NCBI RefSeq assembly: GCF_030384885.1
Contig: NZ_CP128613.1
Strand: one strand, 5' to 3'
Source: Escherichia coli
GTDB lineage: Bacteria > Pseudomonadota > Gammaproteobacteria > Enterobacterales > Enterobacteriaceae
DNA: 64,000 nucleotides
A program made the position numbers and the translations under genes. Positions 11,846 to 22,869 of the stretch are shown here, piece by piece (position 1 is the stretch's first letter; every line of letters begins with the position of its first letter). The notes under the pieces were generated by a model. It did not search any database, was not told the DNA's origin, and saw only the letters and a program-made list of their open reading frames with translations.

Positions 11846-12793
11846 TTACAGACCGGTTAACCAGAAGACCCAGGCAAGCGCAGCAAGGCTGAAGCCAAGC
11901 CAGGTCACATGGTGAATGAGTAAAAAACGCCCGCGTGCCAGCGTGTTTTCTGCGATAGAGGCCAGAACAAAAATCAGCAAAACCTTGAGCAGCGTAACGA
12001 CAAGTGAAGTCAGCAGGCAGGTGAGAGAAAGCTCTTGCGCGCGCCCAAAGGGCAGAAACAGGGCCACAAACAGTGATGCCATCACGACCTGTTTCAGCCC
12101 CAGCCCCAACTTCGCCAGCGCCAGCCCGGCACCGGAATATTCGGTCAGCGGGCCTTCCTGTAATTCCTGTTCTGCTTCAGCAACATCAAAGGGAATTTTT
12201 CCCATCTCAATGAAGCAGGCAAAACCACAGGCCAGTAACGCCAGTACGGTGGTTAGTGGCGAGTTCCAGCCCGTCGCCAGCGTCTTGCTGATCATCTCGA
12301 TATGCGTGGAATCCGCTATCAGCGCCAATACCAGCAGTGAGAGAATGAGCATGGGTTCGACCAGAATGCCGAGCGTCAACTCGCGACTGGCACCGACTCC
12401 CGCAAACGGGCTTCCGGTATCCAGCCCGGAAAGAGCAAAGAAAAAACGAAACAGGGCAAGAAGATAGATAAGGGTGATCAGATCGCCGCCGCCCGCAAAA
12501 GGGGAAACAGTAATAAATAGTGGTAGGGCCATCGCCAGCACCAGCATGCTGCTGATTAATACCCACGGCATCAGGCGGAACATCAGACCTGAAGATGTCG
12601 GCGCAACTTCCTGGCGTTTAAACAGTTTGTGGATATCGCGATAATCCTGCCAGATCCCCGGTCCGCGACGGGAGTGCATACGCGCGCGTATCTGCCGGGA
12701 AATCCCCGTAAAAAGCGGGGTTAGCGCCAGCAGAATCACGGCCTGTGCTAACGCAAAAATGATCAGATATCCGTCGCAAAGAGTTTGTCTCAT
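11846..12793 (-). CDS. hyfC: Hydrogenase-4 membrane subunit HyfC (NuoH/HycD-like)
   Basis: Hydrophobic ORF; start moved to internal Met (MRQTLCDGY) to give ~315 aa. Confidence 0.85.
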   Translation of the reverse strand: MRQTLCDGYLIIFALAQAVILLALTPLFTGISRQIRARMHSRRGPGIWQDYRDIHKLFKRQEVAPTSSGLMFRLMPWVLISSMLVLAMALPLFITVSPFAGGGDLITLIYLLALFRFFFALSGLDTGSPFAGVGASRELTLGILVEPMLILSLLVLALIADSTHIEMISKTLATGWNSPLTTVLALLACGFACFIEMGKIPFDVAEAEQELQEGPLTEYSGAGLALAKLGLGLKQVVMASLFVALFLPFGRAQELSLTCLLTSLVVTLLKVLLIFVLASIAENTLARGRFLLIHHVTWLGFSLAALAWVFWLTGL

Positions 12794-12803
12794 GGTGATT
12801 TCC

Positions 12804-14822
12804 TTAGACGGCAATAGCGATTAGCAGCACAACCAGTGCGGCGACCACATACAGGCAATAGAGACGAAAGTCGCCGCTTTGCAGATGCTGTATTTCTTTG
12901 GCCAGCCGTTGGGTGGCGCTCACGATGGGGCGGATCACCCGCTCATCCCAAAAGGGTTCTGTGCTCTGAGCCCTGGCGGTGATGTGCGCGAGACCTTTGT
13001 TCAGCCTCAGCGTAGGGTCGAGCTGTTGTCGTAGACGAAATAGCGCAGAAAAGACCACACGCAGCGGCTGCATCACGCCATTGCCTGACGGGGCCATCTC
13101 ATTTTCCCAGCCGTAGCCGCATGCCCACGCATCCCCTGTGCGACGAAACGCTGCACGGCGCGAACGACACCACAGCCAGTAAAGGCCAGGCAGCAAAGGC
13201 ATCGCCAGTAGTAACAGCAACAGTAATGAGGGAGTGACCCGTGTATGAAACGTGCCGGGGACAAGTGCCATTCCGCTGGCGACAGTGACGGGAGGGGTAT
13301 TGGTAAACGCATGGGCAATGTGCATTATTTTCGGTGCCAGCCAACTGGCACTAAGCGCAATTAATACGCAGAAAGCCGCGAGCAGTAACATGGCGACGAT
13401 CATCGTATTTGGCACTTCCTGTGCCTCTTCAGCGTGTGTACTGCGCGGCGCACCACAGAAAGTAATACCGTACATTTTGACGAAGCACATTACTGCCAGC
13501 CCACCAGTGACAGCCAGCATCACCATAGCAATAGGACCCGCAAGTTGTAGCGCTACGGCTTCCACACGACTTAGTGAGAACAGCGACTGCCAGGTGTACC
13601 ATTCGCTGATAAAACCATTCAGCGGAGGAATGGCTGATATCGCGAGGCAACCAATCAGGCATGCTGCGGCTGTCCACGGCATCCGTTTTGCCAGTGCCCC
13701 CATTTTTTCCATGTCGTGGGTATGCAAACGCGAAATAATCGCACCCGCGCCGAGAAATAGCAGCCCTTTGAACAGCGCATGGTTGAGCAGATGAAACAGT
13801 GCGCCGAGCAGTCCAACCACGGTGAGCAGCGGGTCGTGCAGTGACAGACCGACCATGGACACACCGACCGCCAGCAAAATAATGCCGACGTTTTCGACGG
13901 TACTCCAGGCCAGCAGCCGTTTGATATCCTGTTCCGCCAGCGCATACAGCACGCCCAGGAGCGCGGAGATTGCGCCGATCGCCATCACCAGAATGCCCCA
14001 CCACAGCGGCAAACCCGTTTGCGCCAGCAGATCCATCGCCACTTTCAGGATGCCGAAAATACCGATTTTGACCATTACGCCAGACATCAACGCCGAAGCG
14101 TGCGATGGTGCGGCAGGGTGAGCGCGCGGCAACCAGCTGTGCAACGGCATCATCCCGGCTTTCGCGCCAAAACCGAAGAAGGCCAGCAGGAACACCGCCG
14201 ACGCCAGCCCCGGAGAAAGTGAAAGCGTGCGGAAACTGGCAAAATCGAGGTTGCCGCTTTCGCGCCACATCAGCAAGAAGGCGATCATAATCAGCACCGA
14301 TCCGGCGTGAGCGATAAAAAAGTAGAGCATGCCAGCGTTGATTGACGTTTTATCCTGCCTGGCAATGACCAGAAACCAGGAAGACAGCGACATCATTTCA
14401 AACAGCACGATGAACCAAAAAGCGTTGTCCATCACCAGCAGGGCAACCATCGATGCGATGAAAAGATTCATAAAGAAGCCCATCGCCGCCGCGCCTTTGC
14501 CCTCGTATTCGCGCATATAAGTCAATGAATAGAGCGAACAAACCACCACCAGCAAGGAGATAACCAGCACCATAAATGCCGAGAGGCTATCTATTCGCAG
14601 GGTTAAATCGGCAAAGTCAAAAGGCGTGGCAAAACGGGCGACTAAAGTTACGCCTGCATGTAATTGCGTAATTCCGCTGATGATGCCAATCGCGCCGCCC
14701 ACCAGCGATGTGATGCCGGAAAGCTTAATAGCCAGTCTGTCCAGACCGAGTAAAAACAGCGAAGCCAGACTGGCAAACAGATAGAGGATCAGCGACCAGG
14801 TTAATAATTGCAGGGCATCCAT
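12804..14822 (-). CDS. hyfB: Hydrogenase-4 membrane subunit HyfB (NuoL/M/N antiporter-like)
   Basis: 672-aa polytopic membrane protein; ATGA start/stop overlap with hyfA. Confidence 0.9.
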   Translation of the reverse strand: MDALQLLTWSLILYLFASLASLFLLGLDRLAIKLSGITSLVGGAIGIISGITQLHAGVTLVARFATPFDFADLTLRIDSLSAFMVLVISLLVVVCSLYSLTYMREYEGKGAAAMGFFMNLFIASMVALLVMDNAFWFIVLFEMMSLSSWFLVIARQDKTSINAGMLYFFIAHAGSVLIMIAFLLMWRESGNLDFASFRTLSLSPGLASAVFLLAFFGFGAKAGMMPLHSWLPRAHPAAPSHASALMSGVMVKIGIFGILKVAMDLLAQTGLPLWWGILVMAIGAISALLGVLYALAEQDIKRLLAWSTVENVGIILLAVGVSMVGLSLHDPLLTVVGLLGALFHLLNHALFKGLLFLGAGAIISRLHTHDMEKMGALAKRMPWTAAACLIGCLAISAIPPLNGFISEWYTWQSLFSLSRVEAVALQLAGPIAMVMLAVTGGLAVMCFVKMYGITFCGAPRSTHAEEAQEVPNTMIVAMLLLAAFCVLIALSASWLAPKIMHIAHAFTNTPPVTVASGMALVPGTFHTRVTPSLLLLLLLAMPLLPGLYWLWCRSRRAAFRRTGDAWACGYGWENEMAPSGNGVMQPLRVVFSALFRLRQQLDPTLRLNKGLAHITARAQSTEPFWDERVIRPIVSATQRLAKEIQHLQSGDFRLYCLYVVAALVVLLIAIAV

Positions 14823-15439
14823 TAGCGTTGCTCCTGAGTGAGGGAAAGGGGATCCTCCCCGCCATTGGCAAACCAGCTTGCGGCAAGGCGCTGTTTTTCT
14901 TTCATCTGACGTTGCAGGCTATCGTCGGTGATCAGCCGTAACGCATGATTCGGGCAAGCGCGAACGCAGGCCGGACCTTCTGGCAAGAAATCACACAGGT
15001 CGCATTTCACCGCGACGGTCTGGACACCCGGTTCCCAGCGCAGCAAAGCATGTTGGGTCGGCGCGTTTTCTTCGCCGTCTTTGAGTGAGCCGTCAGCCTG
15101 AAAAACATATTGCGCAGGGGCATTCACCGGACGGCTTCCTGAAGCGCTGATTGCGCCAAATGGGCAGACCACGGCGCAAAGCTTGCAGCCAATACAGAGG
15201 CTTTCGTTGAGTTGGATCGCATCATCTCTCTGGGAGATGGCATTGACCGGGCAGACCTGCAGGCAAGGGGCTTCCTCACAGTGATGACACACGACAGGGG
15301 CAGTGAGTGTTGACGTCTTCGCCAGGGCCAGGCGCGGGTGTTGCTGTAAACCTTGCGTTTTATGCACGTCCGAACAGGCAGCGAGACAGGTATTACATCC
15401 TGTACACCACAGTGGTTCGGCCACCACAAAGCGGTTCAT
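14822..15439 (-). CDS. hyfA: Hydrogenase-4 ferredoxin-type subunit HyfA (4x Fe-S cluster motifs)
   Basis: CTGCNTCLAAC, CHHCEEAPC, CIGCKLCAVVCPFGA, CDLCDF motifs; start at internal Met (MNRFVVAEP) giving ~205 aa. Confidence 0.9.
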   Translation of the reverse strand: MNRFVVAEPLWCTGCNTCLAACSDVHKTQGLQQHPRLALAKTSTLTAPVVCHHCEEAPCLQVCPVNAISQRDDAIQLNESLCIGCKLCAVVCPFGAISASGSRPVNAPAQYVFQADGSLKDGEENAPTQHALLRWEPGVQTVAVKCDLCDFLPEGPACVRACPNHALRLITDDSLQRQMKEKQRLAASWFANGGEDPLSLTQEQR

Positions 15440-15480
15440 GTCGGCTCCTTGAAAATGATATGAAACATTGCATTTCATAT

Positions 15481-15497
15481 TGCATAAAGGATGCCAG
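15481..15497 (-). promoter_or_regulatory. Sigma-54 (-24/-12) promoter of the hyf operon
   Basis: Reverse strand reads cTGGCATcctttaTGCAat, i.e. GG-N10-GC with good match to TGGCAC-N5-TTGCA, ~40 nt upstream of the hyfA start; consistent with a HyfR (sigma-54 activator) regulated operon. Confidence 0.7.
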
Positions 15498-15691
15498 TCT
15501 GATTAATTTAATATATTCAATAAGTTATGTGTTAACTGGATTCTGAACGGTACAAAAATGATGGTCATTAACGTTCAGCAATAAATGGATTCGACACCCG
15601 TGTCGCAGGGGAAAGCGAGAATGTGATCTTGATCACGAGAAGTGAGGTGTGCTGGCCGCAAGCGCAGCCAGCACTGAATGGAGCAAAGTAA

Positions 15692-16162
15692 TCAGGCGTG
15701 TTCTTTCAGCCAGTTCAGCACAACGTCGTGGTGATTGCTGGTTTTGAAATCGTCAAAGACATGTTCGATTTTGCCATCAGCGTCAATCAGGAAGCTGATG
15801 CGATGAATACCATCGTAGGTTTTGCCCATGAAGGACTTTTCACCCCAGACGCCGAATTGTTCGCACACCTGGTGGTCCTCATCAGACAGGAGCGTAAAGT
15901 TAAGCAGCTCTTTTTCCGCAAAACGAGAGAGTTTTTCGGGTTTATCGGTGCTGATACCCAGCACATCAACGCCCGCTTTTTTCAATTCATCCATGTTATC
16001 GCGTAAGCCGCAGGCCTGTACGGTACAGCCGGGAGTCATGGCTTTTGGGTAAAAATAAACCAGAACACGCTGTCCCTGGAAGTCGGTCAAATTAACTTGT
16101 TCTCCGTCTTGATCCGGCAAGCTAAATTTCGGTGCGATATCACCGGCTTTCAGTGGATTCAT
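15692..16162 (-). CDS. bcp: Thiol peroxidase / bacterioferritin comigratory protein (peroxiredoxin Bcp)
   Basis: 156 aa; peroxiredoxin active-site context AMTPGCTVQACG. Confidence 0.9.
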   Translation of the reverse strand: MNPLKAGDIAPKFSLPDQDGEQVNLTDFQGQRVLVYFYPKAMTPGCTVQACGLRDNMDELKKAGVDVLGISTDKPEKLSRFAEKELLNFTLLSDEDHQVCEQFGVWGEKSFMGKTYDGIHRISFLIDADGKIEHVFDDFKTSNHHDVVLNWLKEHA

Positions 16163-16734
16163 TACTTAACTCCATCCTGTTCATCATGTGGGGAATAATT
16201 GACGACGTTTATACTGCCTTGTGCATTGAGTTCTGTACATAGGGCTTTAAACGCTTGCTCAATATTTGCTGCATCCGCAGAGGCGGGACTGTGGGCGGTG
16301 ATCTGAATATGCAACTGTGCAGCCCGTTCATTTTCAGCAGGTTGCGTGCGCGACACCAGCTCCGCAATGTTCATGTGGTGCGCGTCGAAAAGTGCCGTGA
16401 AGCGTTCAATTAAATGCGGGGAGTCTGCCACATCGACCTGAACCCAGACCGATGCTGGCATTGGCGGACGCGGACGCGCCGTCGTGCGCTTCATCACGAT
16501 TAAAAGATCCAGTTCGGCACCTTTCAACGGTAACGTTGATTCAATCAGAGTGATGGCATTCCATGAACCGGAAAGCAGCATGATAAACGTGAACTCTTCT
16601 CCCAGCATTGCCAGGCGACTGTCTTCGATATTACAGCCGCAACTACTGACATGACGGGTGATGGTGTTCACAATTCCAGGGCGATCGGCACCCAACGCAG
16701 TGATCACCAGATAATGTTGCGATGACAGTGTCAA
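16162..16734 (-). CDS. gcvR: Glycine cleavage system transcriptional repressor GcvR
   Basis: Tandem ACT-like regulatory protein; start assigned to TTG at 16734 (MTLSSQHYLVITALGADRPG) giving 190 aa; ORF-track start 16800 is probably an over-extension. Confidence 0.8.
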   Translation of the reverse strand: MTLSSQHYLVITALGADRPGIVNTITRHVSSCGCNIEDSRLAMLGEEFTFIMLLSGSWNAITLIESTLPLKGAELDLLIVMKRTTARPRPPMPASVWVQVDVADSPHLIERFTALFDAHHMNIAELVSRTQPAENERAAQLHIQITAHSPASADAANIEQAFKALCTELNAQGSINVVNYSPHDEQDGVK

Positions 16735-16879
16735 ACTGGTTATTCCTTTAAGGGGTGAGTTGTTCTTAAGGAAAGCATAAAAAAAACATGCATACAACAA
16801 TCAGAACGGTTCTGTCTGCTTGCTTTTAATGCCTTACCAAACGTACCATTGAGACACTTGTTTGCACAGAGGATGGCCC

Positions 16880-17758
16880 ATGTTCACGGGAAGTATTGTC
16901 GCGATTGTTACTCCGATGGATGAAAAAGGTAATGTCTGTCGGGCTAGCTTGAAAAAACTGATTGATTATCATGTCGCCAGCGGTACTTCGGCGATCGTTT
17001 CTGTTGGCACCACTGGCGAGTCCGCTACCTTAAATCATGACGAACATGCTGAAGTGGTGATGATGACGCTGGAGCTGGCTGACGGGCGCATTCCGGTGAT
17101 TGCCGGGACCGGCGCTAACGCTACTGCGGAAGCCATTAGCCTGACGCAGCGCTTCAATGACAGTGGTATCGTCGGCTGTCTGACGGTAACCCCTTACTAT
17201 AATCGTCCGTCGCAAGAAGGTTTGTATCAGCATTTCAAAGCCATCGCTGAACATACTGACCTGCCGCAAATTCTGTATAATGTGCCGTCCCGTACTGGTT
17301 GCGATCTGCTCCCGGAAACGGTGGGCCGTCTGGCGAAAGTAAAAAATATTATCGGAATCAAAGAGGCTACAGGGAACTTAACGCGTGTAAACCAGATCAA
17401 AGAGCTGGTTTCAGATGATTTTGTTCTGCTGAGCGGCGATGATGCGAGCGCGCTGGACTTCATGCAATTAGGCGGTCATGGGGTTATTTCCGTTACGGCT
17501 AACGTCGCAGCGCGTGATATGGCCCAGATGTGCAAACTGGCGGCAGAAGGGCATTTTGCCGAGGCACGCGTTATTAATCAGCGTCTGATGCCATTACACA
17601 ACAAACTATTTGTCGAACCCAATCCAATCCCGGTGAAATGGGCATGTAAGGAATTGGGTCTTGTGGCGACCGATACGCTGCGCCTGCCAATGACTCCAAT
17701 CACCGACAGTGGTCGTGAGACGGTCAGAGCGGCGCTTAAGCATGCCGGTTTGCTGTAA
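16880..17758 (+). CDS. dapA: 4-hydroxy-tetrahydrodipicolinate synthase DapA
   Basis: [13 protein letters not shown]..., GTTGES motif; 292 aa from second in-frame Met. Confidence 0.9.
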   Translation: MFTGSIVAIVTPMDEKGNVCRASLKKLIDYHVASGTSAIVSVGTTGESATLNHDEHAEVVMMTLELADGRIPVIAGTGANATAEAISLTQRFNDSGIVGCLTVTPYYNRPSQEGLYQHFKAIAEHTDLPQILYNVPSRTGCDLLPETVGRLAKVKNIIGIKEATGNLTRVNQIKELVSDDFVLLSGDDASALDFMQLGGHGVISVTANVAARDMAQMCKLAAEGHFAEARVINQRLMPLHNKLFVEPNPIPVKWACKELGLVATDTLRLPMTPITDSGRETVRAALKHAGLL

Positions 17759-17774
17759 AGTTTAGGGAGATTTG

Positions 17775-18809
17775 ATGGCTTACTCTGTTCAAAAGTCGCG
17801 CCTGGCAAAGGTTGCGGGTGTTTCGCTTGTTTTATTACTCGCAGCCTGTAGTTCTGACTCACGCTATAAGCGTCAGGTCAGTGGTGATGAAGCCTACCTG
17901 GAAGCAGCACCGCTTGCGGAGCTTCATGCCCCGGCTGGAATGATTTTGCCGGTGACCTCCGGTGATTATGCAATCCCGGTGACCAACGGTAGTGGTGCTG
18001 TCGGTAAGGCGCTGGATATTCGTCCACCAGCCCAGCCGCTGGCACTGGTTTCTGGCGCGCGTACCCAGTTCACGGGCGATACCGCTTCATTGCTGGTGGA
18101 AAATGGTCGTGGCAATACTCTGTGGCCGCAGGTGGTTAGCGTGCTGCAGGCGAAAAACTACACCATCACCCAACGTGATGATGCGGGTCAGACGCTGACC
18201 ACCGATTGGGTACAATGGAACCGTCTGGACGAAGACGAGCAGTATCGTGGTCGTTATCAAATCTCTGTTAAGCCGCAGGGTTATCAGCAGGCGGTTACGG
18301 TTAAACTGCTGAACCTGGAACAGGCGGGCAAACCGGTTGCAGACGCGGCTTCCATGCAGCGTTACAGCACGGAGATGATGAACGTTATTTCCGCCGGTCT
18401 GGATAAATCTGCCACTGACGCCGCGAACGCTGCGCAAAATCGTGCCTCCACCACTATGGACGTACAAAGTGCAGCTGATGACACCGGTTTACCGATGCTG
18501 GTCGTACGCGGGCCGTTCAATGTGGTTTGGCAACGTCTGCCAGCGGCGCTGGAAAAAGTGGGCATGAAAGTGACCGACAGCACCCGTTCGCAGGGCAACA
18601 TGGCCGTAACTTACAAGCCGCTGTCTGACAGCGACTGGCAGGAACTGGGCGCGAGCGATCCAGGCCTGGCATCCGGTGACTATAAACTGCAGGTTGGCGA
18701 TTTAGATAACCGCAGCAGCCTACAGTTCATCGATCCGAAAGGTCATACTCTGACTCAGAGTCAGAACGACGCGCTGGTAGCTGTCTTCCAGGCTGCGTTT
18801 AGCAAGTAA
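17775..18809 (+). CDS. bamC: Outer-membrane protein assembly factor BamC (NlpB) lipoprotein
   Basis: Signal peptide with lipobox LLAAC; 344 aa; conserved position after dapA. Confidence 0.9.
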
Positions 18810-18815
18810 AAATAC

Positions 18816-18843
18816 AGGGCTGGAGTCATCCGGCCCTTTTTTC
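18816..18843 (+). terminator. Candidate rho-independent terminator after bamC
   Basis: agggctgg...ccggccc stem followed by tttttt. Confidence 0.5.
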
Positions 18844-18852
18844 TGATATGAT

Positions 18853-18868
18853 ACGCAAACGTGTGCGT
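18853..18868. promoter_or_regulatory. Candidate PurR operator (pur box) upstream of purC
   Basis: ACGCAAACGTGTGCGT matches the 16-bp PurR palindrome consensus ACGCAAACGTTTGCGT at 15/16 positions; lies ~150 bp upstream of purC start. Confidence 0.6.
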
Positions 18869-18904
18869 CGGCAGAAAAATGCGATTTTAGCGGTAATTCG
18901 CACG

Positions 18905-18962
18905 AAATTTGTTTGTCGGACGTAGGTCGGATAAGGCGTTCTTGCCGCATCCGACAAAACAT
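18905..18962. repeat. REP-like palindromic element
   Basis: gtcggataaggcgttcttgccgcatccgac imperfect palindrome typical of E. coli REP sequences. Confidence 0.5.
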
Positions 18963-19021
18963 CTGGCACATCAGACAGCAAAAGATTTTAAAACGTTAAT
19001 TCACACCCAGGAGTGATAAAG

Positions 19022-19735
19022 ATGCAAAAGCAAGCTGAGTTGTATCGTGGTAAAGCGAAAACCGTATACAGCACGGAAAACCCGGACCTGTTGGTGCTCG
19101 AATTCCGCAATGATACGTCAGCAGGGGATGGCGCGCGCATTGAGCAGTTTGATCGCAAAGGTATGGTGAACAACAAGTTCAACTACTTCATTATGAGCAA
19201 ACTGGCTGAAGCGGGTATCCCGACTCAAATGGAGCGTCTGCTCTCCGATACCGAATGTCTGGTGAAAAAGCTGGATATGGTGCCGGTTGAGTGTGTCGTG
19301 CGTAACCGTGCTGCTGGCTCTCTGGTGAAACGTCTTGGAATCGAAGAAGGTATTGAGCTGAACCCGCCGCTGTTCGATCTGTTCCTGAAAAACGACGCCA
19401 TGCACGATCCGATGGTCAACGAATCTTACTGCGAAACCTTTGGCTGGGTAAGTAAAGAGAACCTGGCGCGTATGAAAGAGCTAACCTACAAAGCGAACGA
19501 CGTGCTGAAAAAACTGTTCGATGATGCTGGTCTCATTCTGGTCGACTTCAAGCTGGAGTTTGGTCTGTACAAAGGTGAAGTGGTACTGGGCGATGAGTTC
19601 TCCCCGGACGGCAGCCGCCTGTGGGACAAAGAAACGCTGGAGAAAATGGACAAAGACCGTTTCCGCCAGAGCCTCGGTGGCCTGATCGAAGCCTATGAAG
19701 CCGTTGCCCGCCGCCTGGGTGTACAGCTGGACTGA
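19022..19735 (+). CDS. purC: SAICAR synthetase PurC
   Basis: [31 protein letters not shown]...; 237 aa from internal Met. Confidence 0.9.
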
Positions 19736-19902
19736 TTTTTCTATTCATCATCTTGCCGTGCTGCTGGCACGGCAAGACAACCGCTCTCATAAGATGTGCA
19801 TTGAACGCTCATTCCTCCGCCATTTCATCCCGCTTTCCTGTGGTAATCTTCCTCTGAACCACCTACGATCATTTCTATAATGAATATATTGTTGAGGTAT
19901 CT

Positions 19903-20766
19903 ATGCGTTGGCAAGGGCGACGTGAAAGTGACAATGTTGAAGACAGGCGCAATAGCTCCGGTGGTCCGTCAATGGGCGGTCCCGGTTTCCGTCTGCCAAG
20001 CGGTAAAGGCGGGCTGATTTTACTGATAGTCGTGCTGGTTGCAGGCTACTATGGCGTTGATTTAACCGGATTGATGACCGGACAGCCGGTTTCCCAACAA
20101 CAATCAACGCGGTCAATTAGCCCTAATGAAGACGAAGCCGCAAAATTCACCTCGGTGATTCTGGCAACCACGGAAGACACCTGGGGACAGCAATTCGAGA
20201 AGATGGGTAAAACCTATCAGCAACCGAAGCTGGTCATGTACCGTGGAATGACGCGCACCGGCTGCGGGGCGGGCCAGTCCATTATGGGACCGTTCTATTG
20301 CCCGGCGGATGGCACGGTTTATATCGATCTCTCCTTCTATGATGACATGAAAGACAAACTTGGCGCGGATGGCGATTTTGCCCAGGGGTACGTTATCGCC
20401 CATGAAGTCGGTCATCATGTGCAGAAACTGTTAGGCATCGAGCCGAAAGTCCGTCAACTGCAACAAAACGCGACGCAGGCGGAAGTGAACCGCTTATCTG
20501 TGCGTATGGAACTCCAGGCCGACTGTTTTGCCGGTGTCTGGGGGCATAGTATGCAGCAGCAAGGCGTTCTGGAAACCGGCGATCTGGAAGAAGCGCTGAA
20601 CGCGGCGCAGGCCATCGGCGATGACCGTTTACAGCAGCAAAGTCAGGGGCGAGTCGTACCAGACAGTTTCACTCATGGCACTTCTCAGCAACGCTACAGC
20701 TGGTTTAAACGTGGTTTCGACAGCGGCGATCCGGCACAATGCAATACTTTTGGTAAAAGCATTTAA
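19903..20766 (+). CDS. ypfJ: Putative zinc metalloprotease YpfJ
   Basis: 287 aa; N-terminal TM segment and HEVGHH motif. Confidence 0.85.
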
Positions 20767-20780
20767 CTTTCGGGGCAGGG

Positions 20781-22796
20781 ATGGCTGAACTGACTGCGCT
20801 TCACCCATTAACAGCGCAAATGAAACGTGAAGGGATCCGCCGCTTGCTGGTATTGAGCGGGGAAGAACGTTGGTGCTTTAACTGTGCGCTTAAGTTGCGT
20901 GATGCTTTACCTGGCGACTGGTTGTGGGTTTCACCGCAGCCAGTCGCTGAAAACCACTGTACTCCCTCGGCGCTACAAACTTTACTTGGACGCGAGTTCC
21001 GGCATGCGATATTCGACGCCCGCCAGGGCTTTGATGCCGCTGCCTTTGCGGCACTTAGCGGAACGTTGAAAGCGGGAAGCTGGCTGGTGTTGTTACTCCC
21101 TGTATGGGAAGAGTGGGAAAACCAACCGGATGCCGACTCGCTGCGCTGGAGTGATTGCCTTGACCCTATTGCCACGCCGCATTTTGTCCGACACCTCAAA
21201 CGCGTACTTACGGCGGATCACGACGCTATCCTCTGGCGGCAAAACCAGCCGTTCACGTTGACGCATTTTATTCCCCGTACTGACTGGCAACCCGCGACTG
21301 GCGCACCACAACCAGAACAACAGCAACTCTTACAGCAGCTACTCACCATGCCGCCGGGTGTGTCAGCGGTAACTGCTGCGCGTGGGCGCGGTAAGTCGGC
21401 GCTGGCAGGGCAACTCATTTCTCGTATTGCGGGTAGTGCGATTGTCACCGCGCCTGCAAAAGCGGCAACGGATGTACTGGCACAATTTGCGGGCGAAAAG
21501 TTTCGCTTTATTGCGCCGGATGCCTTGTTAGCCAGCAATGAGCAAGCCGACTGGCTGGTGGTTGACGAAGCCGCGGCCATACCTGCGCCGTTGTTGCATC
21601 AACTGGTATCGCGTTTTCCTCGAACGTTGTTAACCACTACGGTGCAGGGCTACGAAGGCACGGGACGTGGTTTTTTGCTGAAATTTTGCGCTCGCTTTCC
21701 GCATTTACACCGTTTCGAACTGCAACAGCCGATCCGCTGGGCGCAGGGATGCCCGCTGGAAAAAATGGTCAGTGAGGCACTGGTTTTTGACGATGAAAAC
21801 TTCACTCACGAACCACAAGGTGACATCGTCATTTCCGCTTTTGAACAGGCCTTATGGCGAAGCGATCCGGATACACCATTAAAGGTATATCAGCTATTGT
21901 CTGGCGCGCACTACCGGACCTCGCCGCTGGATTTACGCCGGATGATGGATGTACCTGAGCAACATTTTTTCCAGGCGGCTTGTGAAAACGAGATCGCCGG
22001 GGCGCTGTGGCTGGTGGAGGAGGGCGGATTATCTCAAGAACTCAGCCAGGCGGTATGGGCAGGTTTTCGTCGCCCGCGGGGTAATCTGGTAGCCCAGTCG
22101 CTGGCGGCGCACGGCAGCAATCCACTAGCAGCGACATTGCGCGGACGGCGGGTCAGCAGGATAGCAGTTCATCCAGCTCGTCAGCGTGAAGGCATTGGGC
22201 AACAGCTTATTGCCCGTGCTTTAAACTATACGCATGACCTCGACTATCTTTCGGTGAGTTTTGGCTACACCGCGGAGTTATGGCGTTTCTGGCAACGCTG
22301 CGGTTTTGTGCTGGTGCGAATGGGTAATCATCGTGAAGCCAGCAGCGGTTGCTATACGGCGATGGCACTGTTACCGATGAGTGATGCGGGTAAACAGCTG
22401 GCTGAACGTGAGCATTACCGTTTACGTCGCGATGTGCATGCTCTCACGCAGTGGAATGGCGAAACGCTCCCCGTCGATCCACGAAATGATGCCGTCCTTT
22501 CTGAGGACGACTGGCTTGAACTGGCCGGTTTTGCTTTCGCTCATCGTCCGCTATTAACGTCGTTAGGTTGCTTAACGCGTCTGCTACAAACCAGTGAACT
22601 GGCATTACCGGCGCTGCGTGGTCGTTTACAGAAAAACGCCAGTGACGCGCAGTTATGTACCACACTTAAACTTTCAGGCCGCAAGATGTTACTGGCCCGT
22701 CAGCGAGAAGAGGCCGCGCAGGCGCTGTTCGCACTTGATAATGTTCGCACTGAGCGTCTGCGCGATCGCATAACGCAATGGCAATTTTTTCACTGA
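20781..22796 (+). CDS. tmcA: tRNA(Met) cytidine acetyltransferase TmcA (YpfI)
   Basis: 671 aa; Walker A GRGKSA in helicase-like domain plus C-terminal GNAT-like region. Confidence 0.85.
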   Translation: MAELTALHPLTAQMKREGIRRLLVLSGEERWCFNCALKLRDALPGDWLWVSPQPVAENHCTPSALQTLLGREFRHAIFDARQGFDAAAFAALSGTLKAGSWLVLLLPVWEEWENQPDADSLRWSDCLDPIATPHFVRHLKRVLTADHDAILWRQNQPFTLTHFIPRTDWQPATGAPQPEQQQLLQQLLTMPPGVSAVTAARGRGKSALAGQLISRIAGSAIVTAPAKAATDVLAQFAGEKFRFIAPDALLASNEQADWLVVDEAAAIPAPLLHQLVSRFPRTLLTTTVQGYEGTGRGFLLKFCARFPHLHRFELQQPIRWAQGCPLEKMVSEALVFDDENFTHEPQGDIVISAFEQALWRSDPDTPLKVYQLLSGAHYRTSPLDLRRMMDVPEQHFFQAACENEIAGALWLVEEGGLSQELSQAVWAGFRRPRGNLVAQSLAAHGSNPLAATLRGRRVSRIAVHPARQREGIGQQLIARALNYTHDLDYLSVSFGYTAELWRFWQRCGFVLVRMGNHREASSGCYTAMALLPMSDAGKQLAEREHYRLRRDVHALTQWNGETLPVDPRNDAVLSEDDWLELAGFAFAHRPLLTSLGCLTRLLQTSELALPALRGRLQKNASDAQLCTTLKLSGRKMLLARQREEAAQALFALDNVRTERLRDRITQWQFFH

Positions 22797-22869
22797 CTCC
22801 TTCAATTTTCTCCCATGGTCATTGTGAGTCAGCGGCGTAAAATTAATGACATCAGTTAAGGAGTTCGCC

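Noticed and set aside
13429-14268. 279-aa alternative-frame ORF within hyfB
   Set aside because: Overlaps hyfB on the same strand in another frame; Arg/Gly-rich spurious translation in a GC-rich membrane-protein gene.
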